Shown piece by piece: positions 11,711-25,529 of a stretch of DNA of 64,000 nucleotides. The DNA comes from Mobula hypostoma. Lineage: Eukaryota. Made by a program: the position numbers and the translations under genes. The stretch covers positions 255,938,001 to 256,002,000 of the forward strand of contig NC_086097.1 in assembly GCF_963921235.1 (NCBI RefSeq), in the 5' to 3' direction. The first letter of the stretch is position 1; the number at the start of each line of letters is the position of its first letter. Below the pieces are notes generated by a model, which did not search any database, was not told the DNA's origin, and saw only the letters and a program-made list of their open reading frames with translations.

Positions 11711-13907
11711 GGTCTATAATTACCTGGACTATCCCTACTACCTTTTTTGAACAAGGGAACAACATTCGCTTCCCTCCAATCCTCCGGTACCATTCCCGTG
11801 GACAACGAGGACATAAAGATCCTAGCCAGAGGCTCAGCAATCTCTTCCCTCGCTTCGTGGAGCAGCCTGGGGAAAATTCCGTCAGGCCCCGTGGACTTAT
11901 CTGTCCTAATGTATTTTAACAACTCCAACACCTCCTCTCCCTTAATATCAACATGCTCCAGAACATCAACCTCACTCATATTGTCCTCACCATCATCAAG
12001 TTCCCTCTCATTGGTGAATACCGAAGAGAAGTATTCATTGAGGACCTCGCTCACTTCCACAGCCTCCAGGCACATCTTCCCACCTTTATCTCTAATCTGT
12101 CCTACCTTCACTCCTGTCATCCTTTTTTTCTTCACATAATTGAAGAATGCCTTGGGGTTTTCCTTTACCCTACTCGCCAAGGCCTTCTCATGCCCCCTTC
12201 TTGCTCTTCTCAGCCCCTTAAGCTCCTTTCTTGCTTCCCTTTATTCCCCAATAGACCCATCTGATCCTTGCTTCCTAAACCTCATGTATGCTGCCTTCTT
12301 CCACCTGACTAGATTTTCCATCTCACTTGTCACCCATGGTTCCTTCACCCTACCATTCTTTATCTTCCTCACAGGGACAAATTTATCCCTAACATCCTGC
12401 AAGAGATCTCTAAACATCGACCACATGTCCATAGTACATTTCCCTGCAAAAACATCATCCCAATTCACACCGGCAAGTTCTAGCCTTATAGCCTCATGAT
12501 TTTCCCTTCCCCAGTTAAAAATTTTCCTGTCCTCTCTGATTCTATCCTTTTCCATGAAAATGCTAAAGGCCAGGGAGTGGTGGTCACTGTCCCCCAGATG
12601 CTCACCCTCTGAGAGATCTGTGACCTGACCCGGTTCATTACCAAGTACTAGATCTAGTATGGCATTCCCCCTAGTCGGCCTGTCCATATACTGTGACAGG
12701 AATTTGTCCTGGACACTCAACAAACTCTGCCCCATCTAAACCCTTGGAACTAATCAGGTGCCAATCAATATTAGGGAAGTTAAACTCACCCATAATAACA
12801 ACCCTGTTATTTTTGCACCTTTCCAAAATCTGCCTCCCAATAGTCATAGTCATAATTTATTGATCCCGGGGTAAATTGGTTTTCGTTACAGTTGCACCAT
12901 AAATAATTAAATAGTAATAAAACCATAAATAATTAAATAGTAATATGTAAATTATGCCAGGAAAGTCCAGGACCAGCCTATTGGCTCAGGGTGTCTGACC
13001 CTCCAAGGGAGGAGTTTGTAAAGATTGATGGCCACAGGCAGGAATGACTTCCTATGACGCTCTGTGTTGCATCTTGGTGGAATGAGTCTCTGGCTGAATG
13101 TATTCCTGTGCCCAACCAGTACATTATGTAGTGGATGGGAGACATTGTCCAAGATGGTATGGAACTTGGAAAGCATCCTCTGCTCCTGCTCCTCTGTATC
13201 TCTGCTGCTACCGGGGGCCTGTAGAATACCACCAATAGAGTAACTGCGCCCTTCCTGTTCCTGACTTCCATCCATATTGACTCAAAAGGGGATCCTGCTA
13301 TCTTACGCACCCTTTCTGTAGCTGTAGTAGTATCCCTGACCAGTGATGCCACCCCTCCTCCCCTTTTTCTGCCCTCTCTATCCCTTTTAAAGCACTGAAA
13401 TCCAGGAGTATTGAGAATCCATTCCTGCCCTGGTGCCAGCAAAGTCTCTGTAATGCCCACTACATCATACTGCCATGTACGTATCCAAGCTGTCAGTTCA
13501 TCACCTTTGTTCCTGATGCTTCTTGCACTGAGGTACACATATTTCAGCCCTTCTACCTTACTGTCTTTACACTGTTTATTCTGCTTCTCTTTCCTCAAAG
13601 CCTCCCTATATGTTAGGTCTGGCTTTACTCCGTGCACTGCTTTCACTGTTCTATCGCTCTGGGTCCCATCCCCCTTGAAAATTAGTTTAAACCCTCCCGA
13701 ACCATGCTAGCAAACCTACCTGCAAGGATATTGGTCCCCCTCGAGTTCAGGTGCAATCTATCCATTCTGTACGGGTCCCACCTTCCCCAGAAGAGATCCC
13801 AGTGATCCAAAAATCTAAAACCCTGCTCCCTGCACCAACTCCTCAGCCATGTATTCAACTGCCATCTCCTCCAATTCTTACCATCTCTGTCACGTAGCAC
13901 TGGCAGT
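11711..13907 (-). mobile_element. CR1 LINE (subfamily B): ORF1 end, EN and RT N-terminus
   Basis: ORFs 13682-13918, 12978-13646, 12241-12735 and 11707-12180; highly similar to 57320-60920. Confidence 0.93.
12841..13185 (-). mobile_element. Rex1/Babar LINE 3' fragment nested in CR1-B
   Basis: ILDNVSHPLH...RCNTERHRKSFLPVAINLY; antisense AATAAA and (atgact)n tail at the left end. Confidence 0.85.
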
Positions 13908-15189
13908 TTGACTGCCATTGAGTGAGTACCCTGGCAAAACTACACCATGAAGACAAGAGAACACTCCAAGCAAGTCTGCAAAAAGGTTATTGTAACGCAC
14001 AACTCTGGAAATAGAGGCAAGAAAATTTCCAAGTCACTTAATATCCCTTAGAGTTAAATCAATCATCAGGAGATGGAAAGAATATGGTGCAGCTGTAAGT
14101 CTGTTTAGAGCAGGGCATCCTCTAAAACTGAGTGACTGTGCAAGAAGGGGACTAAGTGAGAGAGGCCACCAAGAGACTGATGGCAACTCTGGAGGAGTTA
14201 CAAGCTTCAGTGACAGAGATAAGAGAGACTGTGCATACAACAACAGCTGCCTAGTTGCTTCACCAGTCACAACTGTGTGGGAGAGTAGCAAAGAGAAAGC
14301 CACTGTTGAAAGAAACTCACATGAAATCTCGGCTAGAGTTTACCAGAAAGCATGTGGGAGACTGAAATCAGCCGGAAGAAGGTTTTATGGTCTGATAAAA
14401 CCAAAATTGAGCTTTTTGGCCATCAGACTAACTAAATACTATGTTTGGTTGAAGTCAAACACTGCAGATAATAAAAAACACACCATCCCCATGGTGTTGA
14501 CTGCATCATGCTGCGGGGATGCTTCACTACAGCTGGCCCTGGAAGGCTTGTGAAGGGAGAGGGTAAATTGAATGCAGCAAAATATAGGGAAATTCTGGAG
14601 GAAAACCTGTTGCAGTCTGCAAGAGAACTGTGCCTTGGGGAAAATTTTGTTTTTCAGCAAGGTAATGACCTTAAGCATAAAGCCAAAGCTACACAGGAAT
14701 GGCTTAAAATCAACAAAATTAATGTTCTGGAGTGGCCAAGTCGAAGAGTCCAGACTGCAATCCAATTCAAAGTTTGTGTCTGGACTGAAAAAGACTGTTC
14801 ACTCATGATCCCTATACAATCTGACAGAGCTTGAGCAGTTTTGTAAAGAAGAATGGGGAAAAATTGCAGTGTCCAGATGTGCAAAGATGATAGAGGCCTA
14901 TCCATACAGACTCAAGGCTGTAATTGCTGCCAAAGGTGCATCAATTAAATACTGACTTGAAGGGGGTGAGTAATTATGCAGTCAATCATTTTGTTTAATA
15001 ATTTTAATAACAGACCAATTTGAAGAAATTTGTTTTCATTTTGACATGAAAGAGTCTTTTTTGTTGATCAGTGTCAAAAAAGCTAAATTATATCCACTGT
15101 AATTCAATGCTGTAAAACAAAGCATGAAAAAAAATGAATACTGTGAAGTGGGCTGAATACTTTTTGTAGGCACTTTTTATTGGAGAGTT

Positions 15190-16925
15190 TTAATTTGGAG
15201 TAGAGCAGATCACGAGGGCATTAGGCAGGAACAAAGTGTTAATTGGGTACACCTTTTCTCTACGTCCACATCAGACATGTGAATGGTGTTTAAAGGTCAA
15301 TTGCACAGAGTTCAGGAACGGCATGTCCCTGTTTATGGTCTGATGAAACCAAAAGGTTGATAGGATGGATGATAAGAGAACTTTGTATGTCCAGAGAGGT
15401 GATGAATTTAGTCAAGAAGTAAAGGGAAAAGTATTTAAAGCTTTAGAAGTTAGGATCAAACGGAGCACATGAGGATTATAAAGAAGCTAGAAAGAAGGAA
15501 AAGGAATTAGGAAAGCCATGAAAAATCCTTGACAAGTAGGATTAAGATGAAACCTAAGACATTTTATACATACATCAAGAGCAAGAGGATAACTAGGGAG
15601 AGAGCGTAGAGCCACTCAAGGGTGAAGAGGGGGACATTAGTTTGGATGTGGAGAATATGAGTGAGGTATGTACCTTGTTTTAGTATTTACCAAGGATAGG
15701 AACATGGAGGACCAGAAGATCAGTGCTGAGTATATAAATATGTTAAGGCATTTAGAGTTCAAGGAGGAGGAAGTATTGTGTCTCCTAATGAGTATTAAGA
15801 CCATAAGATATAGGAGCAGAATTAAGCCACTTGGTCCATCACACCTGCTCTGCCATTTCATCATGGCTGATCAAATTTTCCTATCAGCCCCAGTCTCCTG
15901 CTTTCACCTTGTATGCTGTATGCCTTGACCAATCAAGAATCTATCAACCTCTGCCTTAAATATACATAAAGATGTCCTCCACAGCTGTCTGTGGCAAGTA
16001 ATTCCACAGATCCACCATTAAGACGGATGTCCCCAAGGCCTGATGGGATTTATTCCAGGTTATTGAAGGAGGCAAGAGGTGAGATGGCTGGAGCCTTGAC
16101 CAGTATCTTTGTGTCATCTGTAGGCATAGGCAAGGTCCCGGAACACTGGCGAGGGGCTATTTGTTGTAGCTGTATTTAAGAAGGGAACAAGGGAAAATCC
16201 TGGGAACTATAGACCGGTGAGTCTCCTGTCAGTTGTAGGGAAATTGCTGGAGAAAATTCTTAGAGATAGGATATATGAGCATTTGGAAATCCATGGCCAA
16301 ATAAGGGAGAGCAACATGGCTTTGTGCAGGGCATGTCTTACCAACTTCATAGAATTGTTTTTTGACAAGGTCACGAGAGGGATTGATGAAGGTAGGGTAG
16401 TGTATACTGTTTACATGGATTTTAGTCGGGCGTTACAGTCCCTCCTTGGAGGCTAATCCAGAAGATTAAGATGCATGGGATCCGTGGTGATTTGGCTGTT
16501 TGGATTCAAAACTGGCTTGCGTATAGATGATAGAATGTAGTGGTCGAAGGGACTTCTTCGAACTGGAGGTCTGTAATTAGTGGTGTTCCGCAGAGATCTG
16601 TGCAGGGACCTTTGCTGTTTGTGATGTATATAAATAACTTAGATGAAAAAGTAGATGGGTGGGTTAGTAAGTTTGCAGATGATACCAAGATTGATGTAAT
16701 TGTGGATAGTGTAGAAGACTGACAAAGAAAACGGTACGGTATAGATCAGTTGTAGATATGGGCGGAGAAATGACAGATGGAGTTTAACGCAGATAAACAT
16801 GAGGTGTTGCACCTTGATAGGGCAAATGCAAGGAGATAGCAGTGTTGTTGAGCAGAGGGATCTTGGGATCCAAGTTCATAGCTCCATGATAGTGGCTACA
16901 CAGGTTGATAGGGTGCTTAAAGAAG
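15190..16925 (+). mobile_element. Old CR1 LINE with an antisense CR1 3' fragment at about 15797-16015
   Basis: PRPDGIYSRLLKE, GKLLEKILRDRIYEHL and SKFADDTKI in broken frames. Confidence 0.85.
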
Positions 16926-16927
16926 GC

Positions 16928-19900
16928 TCACAGATTCACTAAAGAAATACCTACTACTCTGTATTCTATAAGGACATCCCTCTATTCTGAGACTATGTCC
17001 TCTAGTCTTAAACTCTGCCACCATAGGAAACATCCTCTCCACACCCACTCTTAGCAAGGCTTTTCACCATTCAATAGGTTTCAATGAAATCACCCCCTCA
17101 TTCTTCTGAATTCACTAGGTCCAGAGCCATCAAACACTCTTCATATGATAAGTTGTTCAATCCTTGAATCAGTTTTGTGATCCTCCTTTGAATATTCTCC
17201 AGTTTCAGCACATCCTTTCTAACATAATGAGTCCAAAACTGCTCACAATACTTCTTGAGGCCTCACCAGTGTTTTTTAAAGTCTCAACATTATATCCTTG
17301 CCTTTATATTCTAGTCCTCTTGAAATGAATGCTAGCATCGCATTTGCCTTCCTCACCACAGACTCAACCTGCAAATTAACCTTCAGGGAATCCTCAACAA
17401 GGACTCCCAAGTCCCTTTGTGCCTCCGATTTTTGTATTTTCCTCTCCATTTAGAAAATAGTAAAATCTTTAATTTCTTCAAAGTGCATGACAATACACTT
17501 CTTGACACTGTATTCCACCTGTCATTTCTTTGCCCATTCTGCTAATTTGTCTGTGGCCCCTCTACTTCCTGGCCTTTAGCATTATCATGGAAAAGGATAG
17601 AATCAGAGAGGACAGGAAAATTTTTAATTGAGGAAGGGCAAATTATGAGGCTACAAGGCTAGAACTTGCGGGTGTGAATTGGGATGATGATCATGCAGGG
17701 AAATGTACTATGGACATGTGGTCGATGTTTAAGGATCTCTTGCAGGATGTTAGGGATAAATTTGTCCCGGTGAGGAAGATAAAGAATGGTAGGGTGAAGG
17801 AACTATGGGTGACAAGTGAGATGGAAAATCTAGTGGGGTGGAAGAAGGCAGCATACATGAGGTTTAGGAAGCAAGGATCAGATGGGTCTATTGAGGAATA
17901 TAGGGTAGCAAGAAAGGAGCTTAAGAAGAGGCTGAGAAGAGCAAGAAGGGGGCATGAGAAGGCTTTGGTGAGTAGGGTAAAGGAAAACCCCAAGGCATTG
18001 TTCAATTATGTGAAGAACAAAAGGATGACAGGAGTGAAGGTAGGACTGATTAGAGATAAAGGTGGGAAGATGTGCCTGGAGGCTGTGGAAGTGAGCAAGG
18101 TCCTCAATGAATACTTTTCTTCGGTATTGACCAATGAGAGGGAACTTGATGATGGTGAGGACAATATGAGTGAGGTTGATGTTCTGGAGCATATAGATAT
18201 TAAGGGAGAGGAGGTGCTGGAGTTCTTAAAATACATTAGGATGGATAAGTCCCCGGGCCTGACGGAATATTCCCCGGGCTGCTCCACAAGGTGTGGGAAG
18301 AGATTGCTGAGCTTCTGGCTAGGATCTTAATATCCTCGTTGTCCACGGGAATGGTACCGGAGGATTGGAGGGAGGCGAATGTTATCCCCTCGTTCAAAAA
18401 AGGTAGTAGGGATAGTCCGGGTAATTATAGACCAGTTAGCCGTATATCTGTGGTGGGAAAGCTGTTGGAAAAGATTCTTAGAGATAGGATCTCTGGGCAT
18501 TTAAAGAATCATGGTCCGATCAGGGACAGTCAGCATGGCTTTGTGAAGGGCAGATGGTGTCTAACAAGCCTGATAGAGTTCTTTTAGGAGGTGACCAGGC
18601 ATATAGATGAGGGTAGTGCAGTGGATGTGATCTACATAGATTTTAGTAAGGCATTTGACAAGGTTCCACACGGTAGGCTTATTCAGAAAGTCAGAAGGCA
18701 TGGGATCCAGGGAAGTTTGGCCAAGTGGATTCAGAATTGGCTTGCCTGCAGAAGGCAGAGGGTCGTGGTGGAGGGAGTACATTCAGACTGGAGGGTTGTG
18801 ACTAATGGTGACCCAGAAGGATCTGTTCTGGGACCTCTACTTTCCGTGATTTTTATTAACGACCTGGATGTGGGGGTAGAAGGGTGGGTTGGCAAGTTTG
18901 CGGACAACACAAATGTTGGTGGTGTTGTAGATGGTGTAGAGGATTGTCGAAGATTGCAGGGAGACATTGATAGGATGCAGAAGTGGGCTGAGAAGTGGCA
19001 GTGGAGTTCAACCTGGAGAAGTGTGAGGTGGTGCACTTTGCAAGGACAAACTCCAAGGCAGAGTACAAGGTAAATGGCAGGATACTTGGTAGTGTGGAGG
19101 AGCAGAGGGATCTGGGGGTACATGTCCGCAGATCCCTGAAAGTTGCCTCATAGGTAGATAGGGTAGTTAAGAAAGCTTATGGGGTGTAGCTTTCATAAGT
19201 CGAGGGATAGAGTTTAAGAGTCGCGATGTAATGATGCAGCTCTTTAAAACTCTGGTTAGGCCACACTTGGAGTACTGTGTCCATTTCTGGTCGCCTCACT
19301 ATAGGAAGGATGTGGAAGCATTGGAAAGGGTACAGAGGAGATTTACCAGGATGCTGCCTGGTTTAGAGAGTGTGGATTACGATCAGAGATTAAGGGAGCT
19401 AGGGTTTTACTCTTTGGAGAGAAGAAGGATGAGAGGAGACATGATAGAGGTGTACAGGATACTAAGAGGAATAGATAGAGTGGATAGCCAGCGCCTCTTC
19501 CCCAGGGCACCACTGCTCAATACAAGGGGACATGGCTTTAAAGTAATGGGTGGGAAGTTCAAGGGGGATATTAGAGGAAGGTTTTTTACTCAGAGAGTGG
19601 TTGGTGCGTGGAATGCTCTGCCTGAGTCAGTGGTAGAGGCAGATACACTAGTGAAGTTGAAGAGACTACTGGACATGTATATTGAGGAATTTAGGGTGGG
19701 GAGTTATATAGGAGGCAGGGTTTAATGGTCAGCATAACATTGTGGGCTGAAGGGCCTGTAATATGCTGTACTATTTTATGTTCCTCAAAACTACCTGCCC
19801 CTCCACCTATCATCATATCATCTGCAAACTTTGCAACAAAGCCATCAATTCCATCATCCGAATTATTGACATATAATGTAAAAAGAATTGGTCCCAGCAC

Positions 19901-20165
19901 AGACCCTTGTGGAACACCACTGGTCAGCAGCAGCCAACCAGAAATTGCTCCCTTTATTCCCACTCTTTGCCTCCTGCCAATCAGCCAAGGCTTTATCCAT
20001 GCTAAAATCTTTCCTATAATACAATGGGCTTGTAGCTTGTTAAGCAGCCTCGTGTGGCACCTTGTTAAAGGCCTTTGGAAAATCCAAGTACATACATCAA
20101 CCAATGCTCTTTTGTCTATCCTGTTTGTTATTTCTTTTAAAAATTCCAACAAATTTGTCAGGCAA
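16928..20165 (-). mobile_element. Old CR1 LINE split by a younger CR1 (pieces 16928-17570 and 19781-20165)
   Basis: RT remnant [10 protein letters not shown]...KFADD; the sequence is continuous across TSD ttcct (17566-17570 and 19781-19785). Confidence 0.85.
17571..19782 (+). mobile_element. CR1 LINE (subfamily B), 5' truncated
   Basis: ORFs 17674-18330, 18291-18587, 18591-19073 and 19231-19725; 3' tail; ttcct TSD. Confidence 0.93.
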
Positions 20166-20429
20166 GCGCACTTTACTCTTTGCATCAAACCAGGTGTAAA
20201 AGACATTCAGCCTGTTGGAGTGAGGTGTCCTGGTCGCTGACGCACAGGGTAGACCTGTAGTAATTCCCTGTCACAGAGTAAAGTGCTGGCCATTTCGTCT
20301 GGATATCGCCATCCTATGGATGTATGAAGACATAGACTTTTGTGTCAGTATGGCACAGGGTGAAGATAGCGAGAACCTATAACTTGTTGACTAGGTTAGG
20401 TAGATCATGGAAGGTTAATTCAATGACAA

Positions 20430-20545
20430 ATAAGAGAAAATTTACAGATGCTGGAATTCCAAGCAACACACAGAAAATGCTGGAGGAACTCAGCAGGCCA
20501 AGCAGCATGTATGGAAAAGAGTGCTGTTGACGTCTCAGGCTGAGA
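20430..20545 (-). mobile_element. Solo PLE family 1 pLTR 3' fragment
   Basis: cagatgctggaattccaagcaacacac...ctgttgacgtctcaggc is homologous to 6236-6463; the hammerhead GAAA is mutated. Confidence 0.75.
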
Positions 20546-20969
20546 TGTTTCCATCTGTTTCAAGATATTTGAGCTCAAATTTTAAACAAGCATTTTCTGA
20601 CAATTACTTTTAATTGAGGAACTTTACAGATGATCTTAAACCCTGTCTAGAGACTTTCTCTTTGTTATTTGAACAATGTAAAAGGCACAATGGGAAAAAT
20701 GGAATTATAAGGACCAGAGGACACAGAAACAAAATTAGGCCATTTGGCCCATGGAGTTTGCTCCACCATTCAAACATGACTGATCCTCCCCCCCCCCCAA
20801 CCCCATTCGACGGCCCTCTCCCCGTAAAGGAGGGAGGGAGAAAACAGAGAACTATCACGCTGTTAGCCTAACATCAGTAGAGGGGAAGATGCTAGAGTCC
20901 ATTATTAAAGATGAAATAGCAGCATATCTTGATAGCAGTGATAGGATTGGGCTGAGCCAGCATGGATTT

Positions 20970-22995
20970 ACCAAGGGATGCAACCGTGGTTGACAAGAGA
21001 AGTCAAAGCCAAAGTTAAAGCAAAAGAGAGGGCATACAAGGAAGCAAAAATTAGTGGGAAGAGAGAGGATTGGGAAGTTTTTAAAACCTTACAAAAGGAA
21101 ACCAAGAAGGTCATTAAGAGAGAAAAGATTAACTGTGAAAGGAATCTAGCAAATAATATCGAAGAGGATACTAAAAGCTTTTTCAAGTATATAAAGAGTA
21201 AAAGACAGGTGAGAGTAGATATAGGACCGATAGAAAATGATACTGGAGAAATTGTAATGGAAGATGAGGAGATGGCAGAGGAACTGAACAAGTATTTTGC
21301 ATCAGTCTTCACTGAGGAAGACAGCAGTATACAGGACACTCAAGGATGGCAGGGAAGAGAAGTGTGCGCAGTCACAATTACGACAGAGAAAGTACTCAGG
21401 AAGCTGAATAGGCTAAAAGTAGATAAATCTCCTGGACCAGATGGAATGCACCCTCGTGTTCTGAAGGAAGTAGCTGTGGAGATTGCGGAGGCATTAGTGA
21501 TGCCTTTCAAAAGTTGATAGATTCTGGCATGGTTCCGGAGGACTGGAAGATTGCAAATGTCACTCCGCTATTTAAGAGGGGGGCAAGGAAGCAAAAAGGA
21601 AATTATAGACCTGTTAGCTTGACATCGGTGGTTGGGAAGTTGTTGGAGTCGATTGTCAAGGATGAGGTTACAGAGTACCTGGAGGCATATGACAAGATAG
21701 GCAGAACTCAGCATGGATTCCTTGAAGGAAAATCCTGCCTGACAAACCTATTACAATTTTTTGAGGAAATTACCAGTAGGCTAGACAAGGGAGATGTAGT
21801 GGATGTTGTATATTTGGATTTTCAGAAGGCCTTTGACAAGGTGCCACACATGAGGCTACTTAACAAGATAAGAGCCCATGGAATTACGGGAAAGTTACAT
21901 ACGTGGATAGAGAATTGGCTGATTGGCAGGAAAAAGAGAGTGGGAATAAAGGGATCCTATTCTGGTTGGCTGCCGGTTACCAGTGGTGTTCCGCAGGGAT
22001 CAGTATTGGGGCCGCTTCTTTTTACATTGTACATCAACGATTTAGATTATGGAATAGATGGCTTTGTGGCTAAGTTTGCTGACGATACGAAGATAGGTGG
22101 AGGGGCCGGTAGTGCTGAGGAAACGGAGAGTCTGCAGAGAGACTTGGATAGATTGGAAGAATGGGCAGAGAAGTGGCAAATGAAGTACAATGTTGGAAAG
22201 TGTATGGTTATGCACTTTGGCAGAAAAAATAAACGGGCAGACTATTATTTAAATGGGGAAAGAATTCAAAGTTCTGATATGCAACGGGACTTGGGAGTCC
22301 TCGTACAGGATTCCCTTAAAGTTAACCTCCAGGTTGAGTCAGTAGTGAAGAAGGCGAATGCACTGTTGGCATTCATTTCTAGAGGAATAGAGTATAGGAG
22401 CAGGGATGTGATGTTGAGGCTCTATAAGGTGCTGGTGAGATGTCACTTGGAGTACTGTGGGCAGTTTTGGTCTCCTTATTTAAGAAAAGATGTGCTGACA
22501 TTGGAGAGGGTACAGAGAAGATTCACTAGAATGATTCCGGGAATGAGAGGGTTAACATATGAGGAACGTTTGTCCGCTCTTGGACTGTATTTCTTGGAGT
22601 TTAGAAGAATGAGGGGAAACCTCATAGAAACATTTCGAATGTTAAAAGGCATGGACAGAGTGGATGTGACAAAGTTGTTTCCCATGATGGAGGAGTCTAG
22701 TACGAGAGGGCATGACTTCAGGATTGAAGGGCGCCCTTTCAGAACAGAAATGCGAAGAAATTTTTTTAGACAGAGGGTGGTGAATCTATGGAATTTGTTG
22801 CCACGGGCAGCAGTGGAGGCCAAGTCATTGGGTGTATTTAAGGGAGAGATTGATAGGTATCTGAGTAGCCAGGGCATCAAAGGTTATGGTGAGAAGGCAG
22901 GGGAGTGGGACTAAATAGGAGAAAATGGATCAGCTCATGATAAAAATGGCGGAGCAGACTCGATGGGCCGAATGGCCTACTTCTGTCTTATGGAC
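20970..22995 (+). mobile_element. Young CR1 LINE (subfamily C), RT domain nearly intact
   Basis: ORFs 20978-21517 and 21514-22914 (one frameshift); 3' stem-loop ggagcagactcgatgggccgaatggcctacttctg. Confidence 0.95.
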
Positions 22996-25200
22996 TTCTG
23001 GAAATGAATGCTAACATTCTATTTGACTTCCTCACCACAGCCTCAACCTGCAAGTTAACCTACAGAAGGACTCCAAACTCCCTCTGCATCTCAGATTTTT
23101 GGATTTTTTTCCGTTTGGAAAATAGTCTGCGCACTTACTTATACTACCAAATTGACCATGCATTTTCCAACGTTGTGTTTCATTTGCCACTTACTTGCCC
23201 ATTCTGCTAATCTTAGTCTTTCTGCAGCCTACCTGTTTCTTTAACGCTACCTGCCCCTCCATCAATCTTCATATCATCTGCAAACTTGGCAACAAAGCCA
23301 ACAAATCCGTCATTGATGTACAGCATGAAAAGAAGTGGTCTGAACACTGACCCCTTTGGAACACCAATAGTTACTGGGCGGCCAAGCAGACAAGGATCCT
23401 TTTATTCCTACTTGCTGCCTCCTACCAATCAGCCAATGCTCTCACCATATTAGTAACATTCCTGTAATACCATGGGCTCTTAACTTGGTAAGCAGCCTCG
23501 TGCATGGCACCTTGACAAAGGCCTCCTGAAAGTCCAAATATACAACATCCACTGCATCCCCTTTATCTATCCTACTTGTAATCTCCTCAAAGAATTCAAA
23601 CAGGTTCGTCAGGCAAGACTTTCCCTGAAGGAAACCATCCTGACTTTGTCCTATCTTGTCCAGTGTCACCAAGTACTCCATCACCTCATCCTTAACAATT
23701 AACTCCAGCAACTTCCCAACCACTGAGGTCCGGCTAACTGGTCTGTAATTTCTTTTTTGCTGTCTTTAGGTTATCATTTAGTTCATCGTACTCATTTAGT
23801 TCATCTGCCATCTCCTTGTCCCCCGTTATTATTTCTTTGCCCTCATTTTCTAGCAATCCCATTTCTTTTTTGTTTACATACTTGAAAAAGCTTTTACTGT
23901 TCACTTTGATATTGTTTACTAGTTTGCTTTCATATTTTAGGCATTTGACAAGGTACCCATGTAAGGCTTGTTAAGAAAGTAAGGAGGCATGGTATCCAAG
24001 GGGACATTGCTTTGTGGATCCAGAACTGGCTTGCCCACAGAAGGCACAGAGAGGTTGTAGACGGGTCATATTCTGCATGGAGGTCGGAGACCAGTGGTGT
24101 GCCTCAGGGATCTGTTCTGGGACCCCTACTCTAAGTGATTTTTATAAATGACCTGGATGAGGAAGTTGGGGGTTGGGTCAGTAAATTTGCTGATGACAAT
24201 AAGGTTGAGGGTGTTGTGGATAGTGTGAAGGGCTGTGAGAGGTTACAACAGGACAGTGATAGGATGCAAAACTGGGCTGAGAAGTGGCAGATGGAGTTCA
24301 ACCCAGATAAGTGGGAGGTGGTTCATTTTGGTAGGTCAAATATGATGGCAGAATATAGTATTAATGGTAAGACTCTTGGCAGTGTGGAGGATCAGGGGTA
24401 TCATAGGACACTCAAAGCTGCTGTGCAGGTTGACTCTATGGTTAAGAAGGGATACGGTGCATTAGCCTTCATCAATCATGGGATTGAGTTTAAGAACCAA
24501 GAGGTAATGTTGCAGCTATATAGGACCCTGGTCAGACCCCACTTGGAGTACTGTGCTCAGTTCTGATTGCCTCACTACAGGAAGGATGTGGAAACCATAG
24601 AAAGGGTGCAGAGGAGATTTATAAGGATGTTGCTTGGATTGGGGAGCATGTCTTATGAGAATAGGTTGAGTGAACTCAGCCTTTTTTCCTTGGAGCGATG
24701 GAGGATGAGAGGTGACCTGATAGAGGTGTGTAAGATAATGAGAGGTATTGATCGTGTGGATAATCAGAGGCTTTTCCCCAGGGCTGAAATGGTTAGCACG
24801 AGAGGGCACAGTTTTAAGGTGCTTGTAAGCAGGTACAGAGGAGATGTCAGGGGTAGGTTTTTTTATGCAGAGAGTGGTGAGTGCGTAGAATGGGCTGCCG
24901 GTGATGGTGGTGGAGGCGGATACGATAGGGTTTTTTAAGAGACTCTTGGACAGGTACATGGAGCTCAGAACAATAGAGGGCTATGGGTAATTTCTAAGGT
25001 AAGGAAATGTTCGGCATAGCTTTGTGTGCCAAAGGGCCTGTATTGTGCTGCAGGTTTTCTGTTTTTATGTTTCTATTTCATCTTTTAACTTCTAACGATT
25101 CTTTTAGTTGTTCTCTGTAGGTTTTTTAAAGCTTCCCAACCTCTATCTTCCCACTAATATTTGCTTTGTGTTATGCCTTCTCTCTTGTTTTTACATTAGC
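22996..25200 (-). mobile_element. Old CR1 LINE split by a plus-strand CR1
   Basis: ORF 23442-23723 is an RT remnant; the element resumes at about 25076. Confidence 0.8.
23938..25075 (+). mobile_element. CR1 LINE 3' 1.1 kb
   Basis: ORFs 24135-24566 and 24567-24938; tail tttttatgtttctat. Confidence 0.9.
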
Positions 25201-25363
25201 TAATATGCACCATTTTGTGATAAAATAGCAAGGCAGGGGAGCACTAAGACTTACTGCAAAAGGATGGAATTTGGAACAAAACATAAGTGAAAATACTGTT
25301 AGATCAACAACTCCTATCTTCATAATGTTTCAAGTTAGTGAATTGTTTTGGATGTTTCTTCAG

Positions 25364-25529
25364 GGCAATGTTTATGAGTGGATTAAGCGAAAGCAAACAG
25401 ACACATGTTCATTTGCAAAATGTCCATGCACCGACACTTGAGATAATCATTGGATACGCATACACGGGTAACCTGATAATAAATGACAGCACTGTGGAGC
25501 AGCTCTATGAGACGTCATCTTTTCTGCAG
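25364..25529 (+). CDS. KBTBD2: KBTBD2 second coding exon (BTB domain)
   Basis: Acceptor tttcttcag|G at 25363/25364. Encodes (R)[55 protein letters not shown]. Donor CAG|GTAAGT. 170+166 nt = 112 codons, so phases are compatible. Confidence 0.96.

Larger units (their letters stand above)
9046..15175 (+). mobile_element. Tc1-like DNA transposon (long IR/DR-type TIRs), degenerate, interrupted by nested LINEs at about 9385-13907
   Basis: About 210-bp inverted ends (cagtgcct...tattcaccccctt at 9046-9253; mirrored at about 14958-15175). Transposase remnants GRLVKGEGKLNAAKYREILEENL, FQQGNDLKHKAK and NVLEWPS. Confidence 0.88.
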
